Origin: Lama glama
Taxonomy: Eukaryota
DNA length: 64,000 nt
NCBI GenBank assembly: GCA_028534125.1
Contig: CM052816.1
Span: 85,810,001 to 85,874,000 of the forward strand
Direction of reading: 5' to 3'
Shown: positions 26,903 to 41,095 of the stretch, one piece after another
Layout of the letters: each line of letters opens with the position of its first letter
How positions within the stretch are numbered: position 1 is the first letter of the stretch
The notes under the pieces: model-generated
Seen by the model: the letters and a program-made list of their open reading frames with translations, nothing else
Told to the model about the DNA's origin: nothing
Databases searched by the model: none
Made by a program: the position numbers and the translations under genes

Positions 26903-28598
26903 AATCCACAGAATCAATGCAATTCCTATCAAAATACTAATGAATTGGTCACAGAACTGGAACAAACAATCTTAAAATTTTCATGGGACAACAAAAGATC
27001 CCAAATTCCCAACACAATATTATAAAAAAGAAAGCTGAAGGTATCATATCTCCTGATTTCAAACTATATTACAAAGCTACAGTAATCAAAGCTGTATGAT
27101 TCTGGCACAAACACAGACAAATGGATCAAATGGAACAGAACAGAGAGCTTAGAAATAAACCCACACTTATATGGTCAATTAACTTATGACAAAGAAGCCA
27201 AGAATCTACTTTAGGGAAAAGATAGCTTGTTCAATAAATTGTGTTGAGAATACTGAATAGCTATATGCAAAAAAATGAATCTAGAACACTTTCTTACATC
27301 ATACACAAAAATAAAGTCAAAATGGATTAATGACTTAAATGTAAGACTTCAAACCATAAGACTCCTAGAAGAAAATACAGCCAGTAGCTCTTTGACATCA
27401 GTTTTAACAGCAATTTTTTTAGATCTGTCTCCTCAGGCAAAGACTACAGAAGCAAAAATGAACAAATTAGATTACATCAAACTAAAAAAGTTTTTACACA
27501 GCAAAGAAAATTGTCAACAAAATTAAAAATTAACTTACAGAATGAGAGAAGATATTTGCAAATGATACGTCTGATAAGGGGGTTAGTACAAAAATTATAT
27601 AAGGAACTCAAAAACTTAATTTTTAAAATCCAGTTAAAAAATGGACAGAGGACCTGAAGATACATTGTTCCAAAGAAGATATAATCATGGCCAATGACAC
27701 ATGAAAAATTATCAATATCACTAATTTTCACAAAAATGCAAATCAAGACCACAATGACATCATACCTGACGAATGTCTATTATCAAAAAGACAAGAAATA
27801 ACAACTGTTGGTGAGGGTATGGAGAAAAGACAATACTTATACACTGTTGATGTGAATGTAAATCAGTGTAGCCTCTATGGAAAACAGTATGGAGTTTCCT
27901 CAAAAAATTAAAAATACAATTACTATACACTTCAGCATTTCCACTTCTGGGTATTTATTTTAAAAAAACTAATTCAGAAATATATATGCACCCTTGTTTA
28001 TTGCAGAATTATTTATAACATCCAAAATATAGAAGAAATCTAAATGTCTATCAGTAGATGAATTGATAAAGACATTATATATATATACATATATAGCAAC
28101 ATTGATGTTTATATATATATATAAATGATATTACTCATCAATAAAAAGAATAAAATCTTGTCATTTGTGACAACATTTTTGAACCTAGAAGGTATAATGC
28201 AAAATGCAATAAGTCAGACAAAGGCAAATACAATGTGATTTCACTCATATGTGGAATCTTAAACACAGAACAATTGAACAAACATAAAATCAAAACCAAA
28301 TTCATAGATACAGAGAATAAACTGGTTGTTGCCAGGGAGTAGATAGAGGGTGGGCGGTTTAGCTAAATAGGTGAAGAAGATTTAGATGTACAAAATTCCA
28401 TTTATAAAATAAATAAGTCACAAGGATGTAATGTATAACTTAAGGAATATGGTCAGTAGTACTGTAATAGCTTTGTATTGTGACAGATAGTTACTAGACA
28501 CACTGTGTTGATCATTTGTGATGTATAGAAATGTCAAATCACTGTTATATACCTGATACTAATATAATATTCTATGTCAATTATAATTTAATAAAAAT
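26903..28598 (+). mobile_element. 5'-truncated LINE-1 (ORF2 C-terminal third, 3' UTR, A-rich tail)
   Basis: TELEQTILKFSWDNKRSQI; YTKIKSKWINDLNVR (27275-27526); ORF2-end motif CACTCATATGTGGAATCT ~28260; AATAAA and A-rich tail ~28590. Confidence 0.93.
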
Positions 28599-29517
28599 AC
28601 ATACATATAAAAAGTATATTGAAATAAAAAGTATAGGCAAATGCATTCTTAAGTGCTGTTATCAAAGTACATATTAATTCTTCATCTATAGGAGAAAAAG
28701 AAAATATTAGGTGAATTGATTTAATGACTGTGACCAGGTAAAAGATAAAATTGATGTTATTGTAAAATATGAAGAGAAATGCTTTATACTGTGTATATTT
28801 CAAAAGCTTATATCCTAAAATCTTTTTCATATGTCACTTTTTAGAAGTATTTTCAAAAATTTATTTTGAAAATTTTCCAAAAAAAATGTTGGCTCAGATA
28901 GACCTGATATCTCTAATGGCTTCAGAATTGATTTAATGTGCTTATAAAAATTTTGCATGGTATTTTAGATTGCTCATTGATCCATGTTTATGTATTTGTA
29001 TTTTGCAAGCATTGCTTTGGAACAAAAATCTCATGAACTTAAACTCACAATTTTTTGTTCTAGTTCTGGTGTTGCAGTTTTTCTTTCTGTGACCATGGTT
29101 CATGACGGGATCATTTTTGAGATAATCTAGTTTTGGGCCTCAGACAAAGCCCTGGTGGGCTTCTATGTATAGAGTTGTAAACTTGCCATTAGGTTGTACC
29201 TAGCAATGAAACCAAAATATAACACAAGCAAATTCCAAATTGAGTGTCAATCTGAAGAATGTCTCAAAGTACAATTCATTAGATCAGAAATTGTGCATAT
29301 CGGACTAGAGAAATCAATTCAGATAGATAACAGAAGGCATAGCCCAAAGCTGTTCTCAGCGTCACTTGGTTTTAGCCCTAGACACACAGACTCACCATTA
29401 GTAGAAAAGAGACAGGTAAGGATTCCTCAGGATAGATATTTAATCTTTCCTGACTGTCTAAGGCAACACCACTTGTCATACTGCTACTGGAGGTTTTACA
29501 AAAATATCAAATGAAAT

Positions 29518-30065
29518 TGTGAATGGTTTACTCTTCTACCTCAGTTTAACAAATTACCACAAATTTAATGACTTAAAATACTATCCATCAATTTATTAGT
29601 TGAAAGTTCTGTAGCTCAAAAATCTGGCAAAATGTGCCTGGGTTCTGTGCTCATTGTATTACAAAGTTGAAATTAAGGCCAAGTTCTCATCCAGTGTAAA
29701 GGAAAAACTCATCAGATTGTTGGAAGAATTCAGTTCCTGTGGCAAAAGGATTGTAGTCCCTATTTTCTTGTTGGCTGTCACTCCTGGAGACTGCCCACAT
29801 CCTTTCACATGTGATTCATCTATCTTTAAACCAGCAATGGCATATCAAATCCTTCAAGTGCTTTCAATATCTGACTTTAAATGGCTCATGTGATTAAGTA
29901 AGGTCTAGTATATTAATCTTTCTTAAGGTCAACTGTGTCACATAACTTAGCCTAATCTCTTGAGAAAAATCTATCTAAATCACAGTCTCTAGAGGTATGT
30001 AGAATGTGTACATCAATATGGGGCAGGATATCTTGAGGGGTCATTTTATAATTCTCACTACCATA
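29518..30065 (-). mobile_element. ERVL-MaLR solo LTR (MLT1E-like)
   Basis: TAACAAATTACCACAAATTTAATGACTTAAAA, CAGATTGTTGGAAGAATTCAGTTCCTGTGG and GGGGTCATTTTATAATTCTCACTACCA are typical of reverse-strand MLT1. Confidence 0.8.
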
Positions 30066-30479
30066 ATGTATATGAAATAATTTTGTAAGTAATAGAGTCC
30101 TAATTAAATATATAAATTCAAACACATTCAGATTTGGTGACTTAAACATATGGTAGTTCTATATTGACCTTTGTTTTATATTAAATAGTAATTCTACATT
30201 GAAAAAAACTTGATCACATATCATAATATAATAAATTCTTAGGGAGAAAATGTTATTTGTGTTGTTTTATATTTTCAGTCTATGTAGTAAAACTTTATTA
30301 GGACTTCAGCTGCATGGAGATAATTGGAACACTGTCAGGTAAAGTAAGCAATTTAATAGAATAATTTCTTTAAGTTCTTCCCTATATATATTCATCTTTA
30401 TCATCAAGAGGTTTTGGGGGGGAGCATAATTTGTAGTTGTGGTAGATTAACTTATTGTAGGCCAAGTTTATCACTGAAA

Positions 30480-31600
30480 ATAGACATTAGGAAACTTATC
30501 TAAAAAACAAATAAACAAACAAAAAAACACTGTTTGAAGGCATCATAGATTTACCAAGGCAGAGAGAATTTGTGCAGCAAAGTGCAAGGGGAAAGGAAGG
30601 CACAGAATGTGAACACAGTATTTGATACAGCTTTTCCCTAAGAGGCTTCTGGTAATTCCAAAATCTGGCTGAGAATATGAGATCCAAAGAACATTGGACA
30701 AAAATTGTGGTTCAGGAAACACAGAAGAGAAACTTTAAATAAGACAGAAATACTCACTTGAAACACTAAGATTAGCTATCTTTGAAGTAGGAAGAAATAG
30801 AAAAAGAGCTCCAGGACTGAAATGCAGCTGCAAAATATTCTAGTTTTATCACCACAATTACACTCCTGAAGACAAAGTAAATTTCCTTCAAAAGAAGGGA
30901 CTACCGTGGGTAAGTCCTATATTTTTCATATGCCATGTCGACACACAACCGAAGTAATAAAAGTAACGAAAATATTGACACATAAAAGAACAAATTTTAA
31001 CTGTAAACTAAGAGGAAAAGGAGATAATAGAAATTATTAACAAAACAGATATTGGAGTTACCATACAAAAACTTAAAATAGGTAGAGTTAATGTCTTGTA
31101 TAAATTAAAAATCCAAGAATTTCTTTGAGAACTTAAGAGAAAGGAAGCCTACAAAAAAAAAATCAATGGACCCACTAAGGAGAGAAGTTTTAGAAAAGAG
31201 AATAAACATGCACAGTAAACACAAAGGAAAAAAAAAACATACAAAGTGCATAAAATAGCATGAAAGTCATCAGATTCAGGTTAAAATCTGATATGTATGT
31301 AATTGCAGTCTCAAAGAGCAGAGTTTAGTTATGATGTGAAATAAATAATATTTTAAATGACAGTAGCTTACTATCAAAGAAAATGCTACAGTACATCATA
31401 ATATAGATTTTTTTACCATGAGCTCTAAACAGAATAGAAAATAATAACAAACGTAATTACACATATGCATATTGTAGTAGAACTCACTTGAAAATTATGA
31501 GTATGAACCTTAACAGCAATCTTAGAAAGAATATGTTAGATTTGAAGGAACAAAATTTACATTTACTCTCATAAAGCCAAGAGAGGAGTCATCTAAGAAG
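30480..31600 (+). mobile_element. Highly decayed old L1 5'/ORF1 region
   Basis: A-rich, with ORF1-like remnants (CAGATATTGGAGTTACCATACAAAAACTTAAAATA; TCTGATATGTATGTAATTGCAGTCTCAAA); weak similarity only. Confidence 0.4.
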
Positions 31601-32311
31601 TGTCAAATATCCTTATCTTTATTTATGGTAAAAATATTTCAGTCCTTTATAATTTATTAATATTCTCAATGTTTTAATATTTTTCCATTGCCTTTAAGTT
31701 AAATTCAAGTTAGTTAAAATTTGCACGTTTCTCCTGTTATGTAATTTGTACTTTTCAAATTTACCTATTATAAATTATGGAAATTTTAATTATGACTTCA
31801 AAAGAGAATGTAAAATATCTACTAAAAAAGATAAGAGTAGCTGAAAGAGATTGGGAAGTAGAAAAGTGAAGGGAAGTTTTCACTTTCATTTTATAAAAAG
31901 GATGTTTAAGAGATTCTGTCTATATTTAACAAGATAAAAATATACTACATATAGTTACAGTATAAGCATAAGTAAAACGGTCTAAAATTATGTGTGTATG
32001 TGTGTGTGCACATTTATATGTGAAGAGTGCTAAGTTCTATAACTACACTCCATAGATTTTTGCTTGGATATTTATTTTTTTAACTGAAAATTTTTTGAGA
32101 TAATTGTAAATTCACATGCAGTTGATATAATTAACGCAGATTCCGCTGTACCTAGATTTCCCCCAATAGTAACATTTTGCAATACTATTGTATAACATCA
32201 CAACCAAAATTTTTGACATTTGATATAAATTCACCAGTTTTTGGCAGATTTCATCAATTTTACTTGTGCTCATTTATATGTATATATATATATGTTTATG
32301 TGTATTTCTTT

Positions 32312-33775
32312 ACATTTTAAAAATTGAAATATAATTCATTTGCAATATTATATTAGTTTCAGATGTACACTATAGTGATTTAATATTTCTATATATTATG
32401 AATTGATCACCAGTACAAGTCTAGTTACTATCTATCACAATACAAGGTTGTTATAATGTTATTGAATATATTCCCTATGTTGTACCTTATATCTGCTTGA
32501 CTTATTTATTTTATAACTGGAAATATGTACCTCTTAATCTCTTTTATCTATTTTGCCCTTCATATACCTCCCCTCTGGTAACCACTAGTGTTTTCTCTGT
32601 ATATGAATCTGTTTCTGTTTTGGTTTGTTTCTTTCTTTTGCTTTTTGAGATTCCACATATAAGTGAAATCATACAGTATTTGTCTTTTGACATTTTACTT
32701 AGCATAATACTCTAGCTCTGTACACATTGTAACAAATGGTAAGGTTTCATTATTTTTAATAGATTAGTAATATTCCATTATATATGTATTATATATATCT
32801 CACATTATTTATGTGTGTGTGTATAACGTTCTTTATCCATTCATCTATTCATGGGCACACCTTTACGTTGCTTCCATATCTTGACTGTTGTAAATAATTC
32901 TGCAGTGAACCTAAGAGTGCAACTATCTTCTTGAATTAGTGTTTTTTATTTTTTATTTTTTATTTTTGGGTAAATACCCAGGGGTAGAATTGTTGAATCA
33001 TATATTAGTTCTGTTTTTAGTTTTTTGAAGAACCTCCATACTGCTTTCGACAGTGACTATGCCAATTTACTTGCCCACCAACACTGCATGAAGTTTCCCT
33101 TTTTCTTTACGTCCTCACTAACACTTGTTATTTCTTGCTTTTTTTTTTTTTGGATAATAGCCATCTGACAGGTGTGAAGTGATAACTCATTATGGTTTTG
33201 ACTTGCATTTCCTTGATTATTAGTAATGTTGTGCAGTTTTTTATGTGTTTTAACTGTATGTCTTCTTTGGAATAACGGCTATTTAGATCCTCTGTCTAAT
33301 TTTAATTGAATTGCTTATATTTTTTTGGTTTTGAGTTGTATTAGTTCTTTGTATATTTCATATATCAACCCCTTACTGGACATATTATTTGTAAACTTCT
33401 CACATTCTTTAGGTTATCTTTTGTTTTGTTGATGGTTTCCTTCTCTGTGCAAAAAGCTGTTTAGTTTGATGTAATCCCATTCATTTTTGCTTTTGTTGTC
33501 CTTGCCTAAAGAAATAGATCCCCCAAAAATGTCTAAGCCCTGGTGTCATAGAGCATACTGACTATGTTTTCAATGACTAAGTTATATCTGTATAGTCTAA
33601 AGTCAGGGCGTGTGATTCCTCCTACTCCATTCTTCTTAAGACTGTTTTAGCTATTCAAAGTCTTTTATGTTTTCATACAAATTATAAAATTATTTGTTCT
33701 AGTTCTGTGAAATATTCCATTGATATTTTGGTGGGGATTGCACTGAATCTGTAGATTGCCTTGGGTACTATGGTT
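32312..33775 (-). mobile_element. Younger 5'-truncated LINE-1 nested in the old L1
   Basis: 3' UTR similar to that of 21170-21500; GAGATTCCACATATAAGTGAAATCATACAGTATTTGTC marks the ORF2 end; internal deletion at ~33570. Confidence 0.85.
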
Positions 33776-35670
33776 TCTTTGTTCTTATTGCTGAAAGACA
33801 GCTGAGCTAATTCTAGTTTTTGGCCATGACACTTAAAACTGCTATGAAGATTCATATACAGGCTTCTGTGTGAACAGTATTTTTTATTTCTCTGTGATAA
33901 ATGCTAAAATGTGTAATTGCTGACTTGTATAGTAATTCAGTGGTTAGTTTTATTAAAAAAAAACTTCTTGCTCTCCTGGGTACCTGTATCATTCTACATT
34001 TTCCACATTCTCACCAATATTTGGTAGTGTTACTATTTTTTATTTTTACCACTTGATAGGTTATAGTCGTATATATTTCATTGTGATTTTTATTTATATA
34101 TTCCTGATGGATAATGATGTTGAGCATCTTTAATTTACATAGTTTCTATCTTTTAATGTGAAAATGCTCTTCAGTGAAATGTCTGTTCATGCTTTTTGCC
34201 CACTTTCTAAATTTAAGGTTTTTGTTTTAAACTATTGAGTTGTGAAAATTATTTATATATTTTCAATTTTTTAGTTTTTTATCAGATATATCTTTTTCAA
34301 ATATTTTCCTCAGTCTCTAGCTTATCTTTCAATTTTCTTACCCAGAACTTTTCTAGAGAAAGTTTTTCATGTTGATGAAATCCAATTTACCAGTTTTTCC
34401 TATTAAAGATTATACTTTTGTGATCAAGTCTAAGATCATTTTGCCTATCCTTGGATCTTGAAATTTTTCTCCTTTGCATATTTTTTGGATGCTTATCATT
34501 TTATGTTATGCATTTAAGTTCATGATCAATTTTAATTAATTTTACTAGAAGGTGTGAAGTTGTTTTTGTTTAGATACTTTTTTGCTTTTCTTTTCTCCCA
34601 TATGCATTTTCTCCAATTTCCCTAGCACTTCTTGAAAGTTATTCTTACATTAAATTGCTTTTACACCTTTGTTAAAATCAGTTGACCATGTTTTTTTCAG
34701 GTCTATTTCTGAGTTTTCTGCTCTGTTCCATCAATCCTCGAGTACCTTATTGTCTTGGATATTGTAGCTACATAATAAGTCTTAATGTTGGGTAGAGTGA
34801 TTCCTGAGAGTTTTATTCTTATTTTCAAATCATTTGATCTTTTATTTCTTTTGCCTTTCCATATAAATTTTAGAAGAAATGTGCTTTAAAATGCTTATAT
34901 TGTTAGAATTAATATTGATTTCTCAATGGGATGTTGAAAGAAATTTCATTGACCCTTTAAATCAATTTTGGACAAATTACTTTGCTGTGTCTTTCAATCC
35001 AGGAATGCAATATGTCTTTCCACTTATTTAGACCTTCTTTGATTTCTTTAATCAGCTTTTTGTAATTTTCAGCATATAGAACCTATGCATATTTTATTGA
35101 GTATATGTGTAAGTCTTTCTTTTTTTGAGGAGGGATTGTAAACTGCATTGTGTTTTTAATTTTGGTTTGCAGTTTTCATATGTTTGTTGTTAGTACATAG
35201 AGACCAGATTCATTTTTGCATGTTGATCTTGTATCCTCTGACCTTGCTAAACTTACTTATTAGGTCTAGGAGCAATTTATTTGTTTGCTTGTTTTTATCT
35301 TGCTTTGTTTTTGCAGATTTCTTGAGGTTTTCTATGTAAACAATGATGTCATTTGCAAATAGAGACAGTTTAATTTGCTTTCCAATCTGTGTGCTTCTTT
35401 TTTTAAAACAATTTTATGATTACAGTGGCTAGAACATCCATCACTATGCTGAGTAGGAGTTGTGAGAGTGGAAATTTTTGCTTTGTTCCCATTCTTTGGG
35501 AAAAAACAAAACAAAACAAAAAAACATGTAGTCTTTCAGTATTAAGTGTAATGTAAAATAGTTATTCTTTATCTTCCACTTTCAGAATCTTAATTATGAC
35601 ATGTCTGACATGAATATCTTTGGTTTCACTCATAATAAGTTTCTTTCAGTTTGTTGAGGGGTCTGTATGG

Positions 35671-36199
35671 TGTATTATGTTAAGAATTTAGAGATTATCA
35701 CCTACTGCATGAGTAGGCATAAGCTGCCCATAGCACACAGGTAAATTCCCTTAGCATCAGAGCTCTCATTTTGGGGAAGTAAAAACCCCTATGGTCATTT
35801 TGATTGAAGGAACAGTTGTAGTGCACTCACACAAAGGAAGAAAAGTCACAAGATTTATTACTTAAAGATCCCAGAAGTGAGGTGGGCAGCACAGTGCGAT
35901 GATCCTGGGGAAGGATAGTCATCTGTCTCAAGTCACAAACAAGCAGGAGACAGAGAGTAGGGTAAAAAGCAACTATTATCTATAAGATGGTTGGGGTAGA
36001 GGTCACTAACTTCTCACAGGCTCAACTGTAAGTGGTTATTTTGAAAGATGCCCCAGGAAAAGCAAAGTGGGAACTTTTGTCAGGAATCCTAAGCTCAGGT
36101 CCTTATCTAAATGTCCAAACTCTGAGTTTGAACAGGGTGTCATACTGTAAAATGTCTAGGTAGTAACTCAAAATAGCTGTTTTCTCATCATACTTGGCA
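35671..36199 (-). mobile_element. ERVL-class LTR (MER54/MER73/MER74-like) inserted in L1 ORF1
   Basis: Non-L1, GC-richer block between two contiguous L1 ORF1 pieces; shares motifs (AACCCCTAT, CACACA, CTTATC.AAATGT) with 60182-60845. Confidence 0.5.
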
Positions 36200-37235
36200 C
36201 TGTGGGTATGTAGATTCCTATCTTTTATCAAATTTGGGAAGTTTTCAGACATTATTTCTTCAAATGTCTTTTCAGCCCGACTCTGGGACTCCAATAATAC
36301 GAATGTTGGGTATTTGCTGTTATTTCCCAGGCTCCTAGGGTTCTAGTTAATTATTTTCATTCTGTTTCCTCTCTTATTCATATTGAGTGAAGGATATTAA
36401 TTTGTCCTCAAAGTTTGCTGTTTGTATCCTCTGACATTTCCACTCTACTATCAAACAAACCCAATGAGTTGCTATATTTCTATTATTGTATTTTTTTAGT
36501 TGTGTAACTTCCAATTTCTTTGCTAAGATTTTTTCATTGATTTAAAAATAATTTTTAATTGATTCCTTAATCATTTTTGATGGCTGCTTTAAAATCTTTG
36601 CCAGATAATTTCAACATCTGATTCCTCTCAGTGGTAGCATAAATTGTCTTTTCATTCAAGTTATGATTTTCTTGGTTCTTTTTTTAATGGATGATCTTAG
36701 ATTGTATCATGGATATTTTGTCTATTATGTCATTATGTCATACATGCCTGTGGACTGTGGTTCAAATAGCAGTTTGTCGGAGCCCTTGTTGTGTAGTGCT
36801 GCTGGGCCTTCGTCTGATCTTTGCTGATGCAGTCTGAGGGAGCAGAAGGGATTTCTTGAGCCCTAACTGTTGGTTTTATCTCAGTGGGGCCAGGATATGT
36901 TGAGATCCCCTGCAGATGCTCCCCTGCAGCCTCTGAGTCTTAGGGCAGTAAAGGGAATCTTAAGCCCAAAGGATCAAATAAGCCTTGTGGGTTCCTTCTT
37001 GGGGCTGCCTTCCTCTTCATTCCAGTCTCCCTTTCCAATGCTTTTGGATAGAGATTGGTTTTCCACACCTGTTGACTTGCTTTGACTCAGTTCCTCTTGT
37101 GGATTTATCTGCCTACCTGCTTTACTTTATCCCAGTAGGGAAATAAAATCTCAAGACTCTCAGATCCTGGGTTAAAACAAGTTTTGGTGTCTGGATCTCT
37201 CACATCAATTCTGCTTTTCCAGCCTTAGCACATCT

Positions 37236-37950
37236 TAGTCATAGGGGTGCCCCGATTAAAGTCTCCCACTCCCATCTACACTTTCTTTCTAGATATGGGC
37301 ATATGACTACATTCTAGCCAATGATTTGTGGATATAAATATTTTATCACAGCCCCTAGGAAGCTTCTTAAAAGAAAGCAAAACTGTTGTCTTTTTAAATC
37401 CTTTCCTTTACATGAATCTTGGAAGAGAGAAGTTGACATATTAAACTATTAGGCTGAGGCTTTAGAAAGAAGAGCAGGGAGATGGAAAGACCTGACATCT
37501 TGGCACTAGGAGTTCCTCACTAGACTTAGATCACCTACCTAGAAATTTACCTGTTAGAGAAATAATGTCTAAAATGCCACAATTACAATTTTTAATCATT
37601 AGTAGATAAATTTTATCCCTACTAATACAAAATTCCCTTCTTGAGTGTAGGGTCCTACAAAAGCTAAATCTTAAACAGTGGCATTGGCTTAGCAGGTGAT
37701 AAGAAGATAGATTTTGTAGGTGGAAAATTCTGGTGTCTTTATTCCTTTAATGCACAGATAAAATAGTTAATGAAACTTTTATTTTCAATATCAAGAAAAA
37801 TAGTCTATATCTCAACTGAATCTAACATCATGATAACCTATAGAAAAGAAATCGGAATGGTTGTGTGTTGACAATTTCTTTCTGTTCTTTGCAAAATCAT
37901 AAGAGAGAGAAATGCTGAAGGTAGCACTATCCCATTCATAAAGAGACGTC
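37236..37950 (+). mobile_element. Old MLT1 LTR followed by probable MaLR internal fragment
   Basis: GGGCATATGACTACATTCTAGCCAATGA...AGAGCAGGGAGATGGAAAGA...ACTAATACA (~37629), then CAGTGGCATTGGCTTAGCAG. Confidence 0.55.
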
Positions 37951-38139
37951 ATATTCACTCATTGGATTTACTCAACTTTGGAAAGTACAATAGGCAAATT
38001 GTTTTTGCCCTCGTATTTACATAGTTATAAGACTTTGTCCTTTTGCAAGTAGTAAGTCTTCTTTCAAATATGGTGATAAAGGTATTGCTTTCCATTCAAA
38101 CCATATTTTTATTCTCAGATAGTATGGTAGATCAAATAA

Positions 38140-38430
38140 GGGCAGCTCCCAGCTGACAACCAGCAAGGAATCAAGAGTCTTAGTCCTACTGCCTGTGGGG
38201 ACAGATTCCTCTAATAATCTCAGTGAGCTTACAAGCAGATTTATCCCAGGGTCTCTGGATAAGTGCCCAGCAAGCCAACCCCTTGATTTTTACCTCATGA
38301 AACATGAGATAGAGCACTTAGCTGAGACAGCCTGTATTTCTGACTACAGAATGGTGAGGTGATATGTGTGTATTGTTTTGGGTCACTGATTTTGTGATGA
38401 TTTGTTACAACAGAGATAGAAAACTAGCTT
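38140..38430 (+). mobile_element. MLT1 (D/E-like) LTR 3' half
   Basis: CCCAGCTGACAACCAGCAAGGAA...AGTGAGCTTACAAGCAGATT...TTTGTGATGATTTGTTACAACAGAGATAGAAAACTA. Confidence 0.8.
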
Positions 38431-39029
38431 AGATGGCTCCAGGGTACCTACTGTTATATGAGGTGAAAAGGGCAAAATTCTGGAGGCACAGAAATCGTCC
38501 AGAGAAAGACAAGAAATTGAGACTCAACAACTGTATCTATAAAGGTCTTTTTCAAGACAGCCCAACCAGACCTGTCCAAAAGCTCTAACAAGGACCTTAA
38601 TCAAGTTCTAAGGCACAGAAGTTTGATAGTTGCCTTAACAGTAATTGCTGTTTTCTTCATTCTCCACTCTAATCCTGTTTCTAAATATAAGTGTGATTTT
38701 AGTCACCTTGTTTCTATTCCAGTATGCATATTGGACACCAGGCATTGGGGCAAGATTACATGAACTTTTCTAAAAGTTTATATAGTTTATTTTTAAAGTA
38801 TTTTTTCACTTTAAATATTCAATATTTCTAGGTATATTAAGTTTAAAAATTAATTCCTTTATTAAACATCATTTAAGCATCTGCAGCATTTTGTTAGGTA
38901 ATAGAGATATTCAGCTTATATGTCTTGCAAACCTGAGTAATGTACAGTTTAGTAGGAGATCTTCTAGATATTTTATGTCTAAAATGAGTTCACACTCTCA
39001 TCAGTAGGATAATAGCAACTTATATGTAG

Positions 39030-39310
39030 GAGGAAGCATGATGGAGCATGGTCCTACAACCTGGTTTTAAATGTGATTCTGAATGAGTTATATATATATA
39101 TATATACACATACACACACACACACACATACACACATACACATATATTAAAAATCCTAAGTTATTTCATATTTCTATGCCTCCATTTCTCACTCTTAAAA
39201 TGGAAATATAGAATCTTCTGATGGAGTTAATGAACGTATTAGCTATAGTAAAAGTAAAGAGTTTAGCAAACGGTTGCTTGATAGTGATAATTTCATAAAG
39301 AATATTATTA
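39030..39310 (+). mobile_element. MIR relic containing a (TA)n(CA)n microsatellite at ~39088-39146
   Basis: AAGTTATTTCATATTTCTATGCCTCCATTTCTCACTCTTAAAATGGAAATA matches the MIR core. Confidence 0.65.
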
Positions 39311-40719
39311 CCAGAATGACTTAGAAGTGGTAATAATAGATATTTTGATTTTTAAGTTTCTGGATCACTTGACCATGAGAAGCTACATTCAGACTTTTGG
39401 ATCATATTGTAAATTATCCAGAGGTGCTAGATTTGAGATGAATGAATTAATTGAAAGGACTTTCCTGCTTTCTACTTTGGAGTATGGTAGCAGGAGTACT
39501 GTACATGTGAAAAGACAAGTTAGACACATAATTATATAGCCATAGAAAGGCTGACAGAGTTCGTTGGTCACAGTCATAGTTTAGTTGGGCATGTGACTGT
39601 CCAGAATAAAAACTTCATTCCCCTATTTTAATACTTGGAAGATACGTGGTACCATCTTGATTGAGGTCATACTTATTGGGGACACCAGATAGAAGACTTC
39701 ACCTGTTATACACGGGGCATTTACCAGCCATTGAGCTGCCTTGCTAGACTTCCATATCAGAGAAAAACAAAGCTTTATTCTGTTTAAACCATTGTAATTC
39801 TAGGAAGCCCTTCAATCTCATCTAAAACATAATACATACGTCATTTATTGATTTTGTTAAATTGTCTATGTTAGAACCCCAAAGTGAAATATTTAAAAGT
39901 GGTTCCTGTGTGAAACAAAGTGAAAGGAAAAGGAGAAGAGGAAACTTGTGTTTCATTTTAAGATCTTTAGTAAAAATTTGATGCTTAAAATTTTCAATAA
40001 ATACTATGCTTAATTATATTTTGGGGTATATTTAAATTTTAGTCTTAAAATTTAAAAGTAAATAAAAAGCAGGATATAAAAAAGGAAGGTAGGGATAGAG
40101 CTTACACACGCCATCCATCACTGAAACCTGGAAAACAGCAGAAGTGGAAAGACAGTTACATTAGTTAAGTTAAACAAAAACGTTTTTTTCTGTCAGTTTA
40201 ATAAAATGAGAAGCATTACATGGATGTTGGACAATTGATGAAGAGTCCTTTCCTGGACATTTTATATTTTGGCTAACCCGGCATCCGGAATTCCTCCCTA
40301 CTTGGGATGATACCCCTGTTGTGTATTTATTGCTGTAAGGAAGGGCCCCATCCCTTCTGTGGAAAACTGTGGGGAGAAGCATACATTTCTTTTCCTTTTC
40401 TTCCTAGCAACTGTGATGTGTTAGGATCAGTTTGAGCTCTCAGGCCTGTTTCTTTGAGCTTTAAAAGAATGATGTAAGGAGGATGCTGTGTTAGGTAGAG
40501 GATGTGGGTCTAGAGACAATGAAACAAATAGTGTATTTTTCCTCAGACTGACCACGTAGCAGGATCCTGGCTGCATTGGTGGCTGCAGTCTTCTTGTCCA
40601 TTCTCTGAAATTCCTATATCTTTCCATTACATTTACTTTAATTTAGTCAGAGACAGTTTGTGAGTTTGTATCATAAACCCTGCTTGGTAGTCTACCTCGC
40701 TAATTACATTTTATATCAC

Positions 40720-41095
40720 ACCCTTCTCCTTTCCTGTTGCTCAGTGTCACAGCCCTATTTTCTGGTTCTTAAACATGGCACTCTTCTTTCAGCCACAAGA
40801 GACCTGGAAAATGCTTCCCCTCTTCCTGTCTTCCCATAGAGCACTGCATAATTGCTTACATTCAGGTCTCTTCTCAGAGATAGAATTCCCTGGCCATTTT
40901 TCACAGTACTTAGAGTAAATGAAAATTATTTTATTATATATTTATGTGTTTATATTTGCAGTTTATTTTTATTTGTTTTTATTTTTATTTTATTATTTTG
41001 TTTCTCATTTCCAGTAAAATATAAACTCTCTGAGAGCTGGGACTTAGCATGGCTTGATCATGGCTCTGTCCCATAGATAACCCAAAATAACTTGT
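40720..41095 (+). mobile_element. L2 3' fragment
   Basis: CCTGGAAAATGCTTCCCC...TTCAGGTCTC...CAGTAAAATATAAACTCTCTGAGAGCTGGGACT resembles the L2 3' end. Confidence 0.6.

Larger units (their letters stand above)
32072..36900 (-). mobile_element. Old L1 (L1MD/L1MC-like) from 3' end back to ORF1, interrupted by a younger L1 and an LTR
   Basis: 3' end TTTGAGATAATTGTAAATTCACATGCAGTTG; ORF2 remnants 33810-35570; ORF1 remnant AEKTFEEIMSENFPNLIKD (36103-36294, minus strand). Confidence 0.75.

Noticed and set aside
23991..28598. Possible twin-priming 5' inversion of a single L1
   Set aside because: The two orientations overlap by about 1 kb of ORF2, whereas twin priming gives essentially non-overlapping segments
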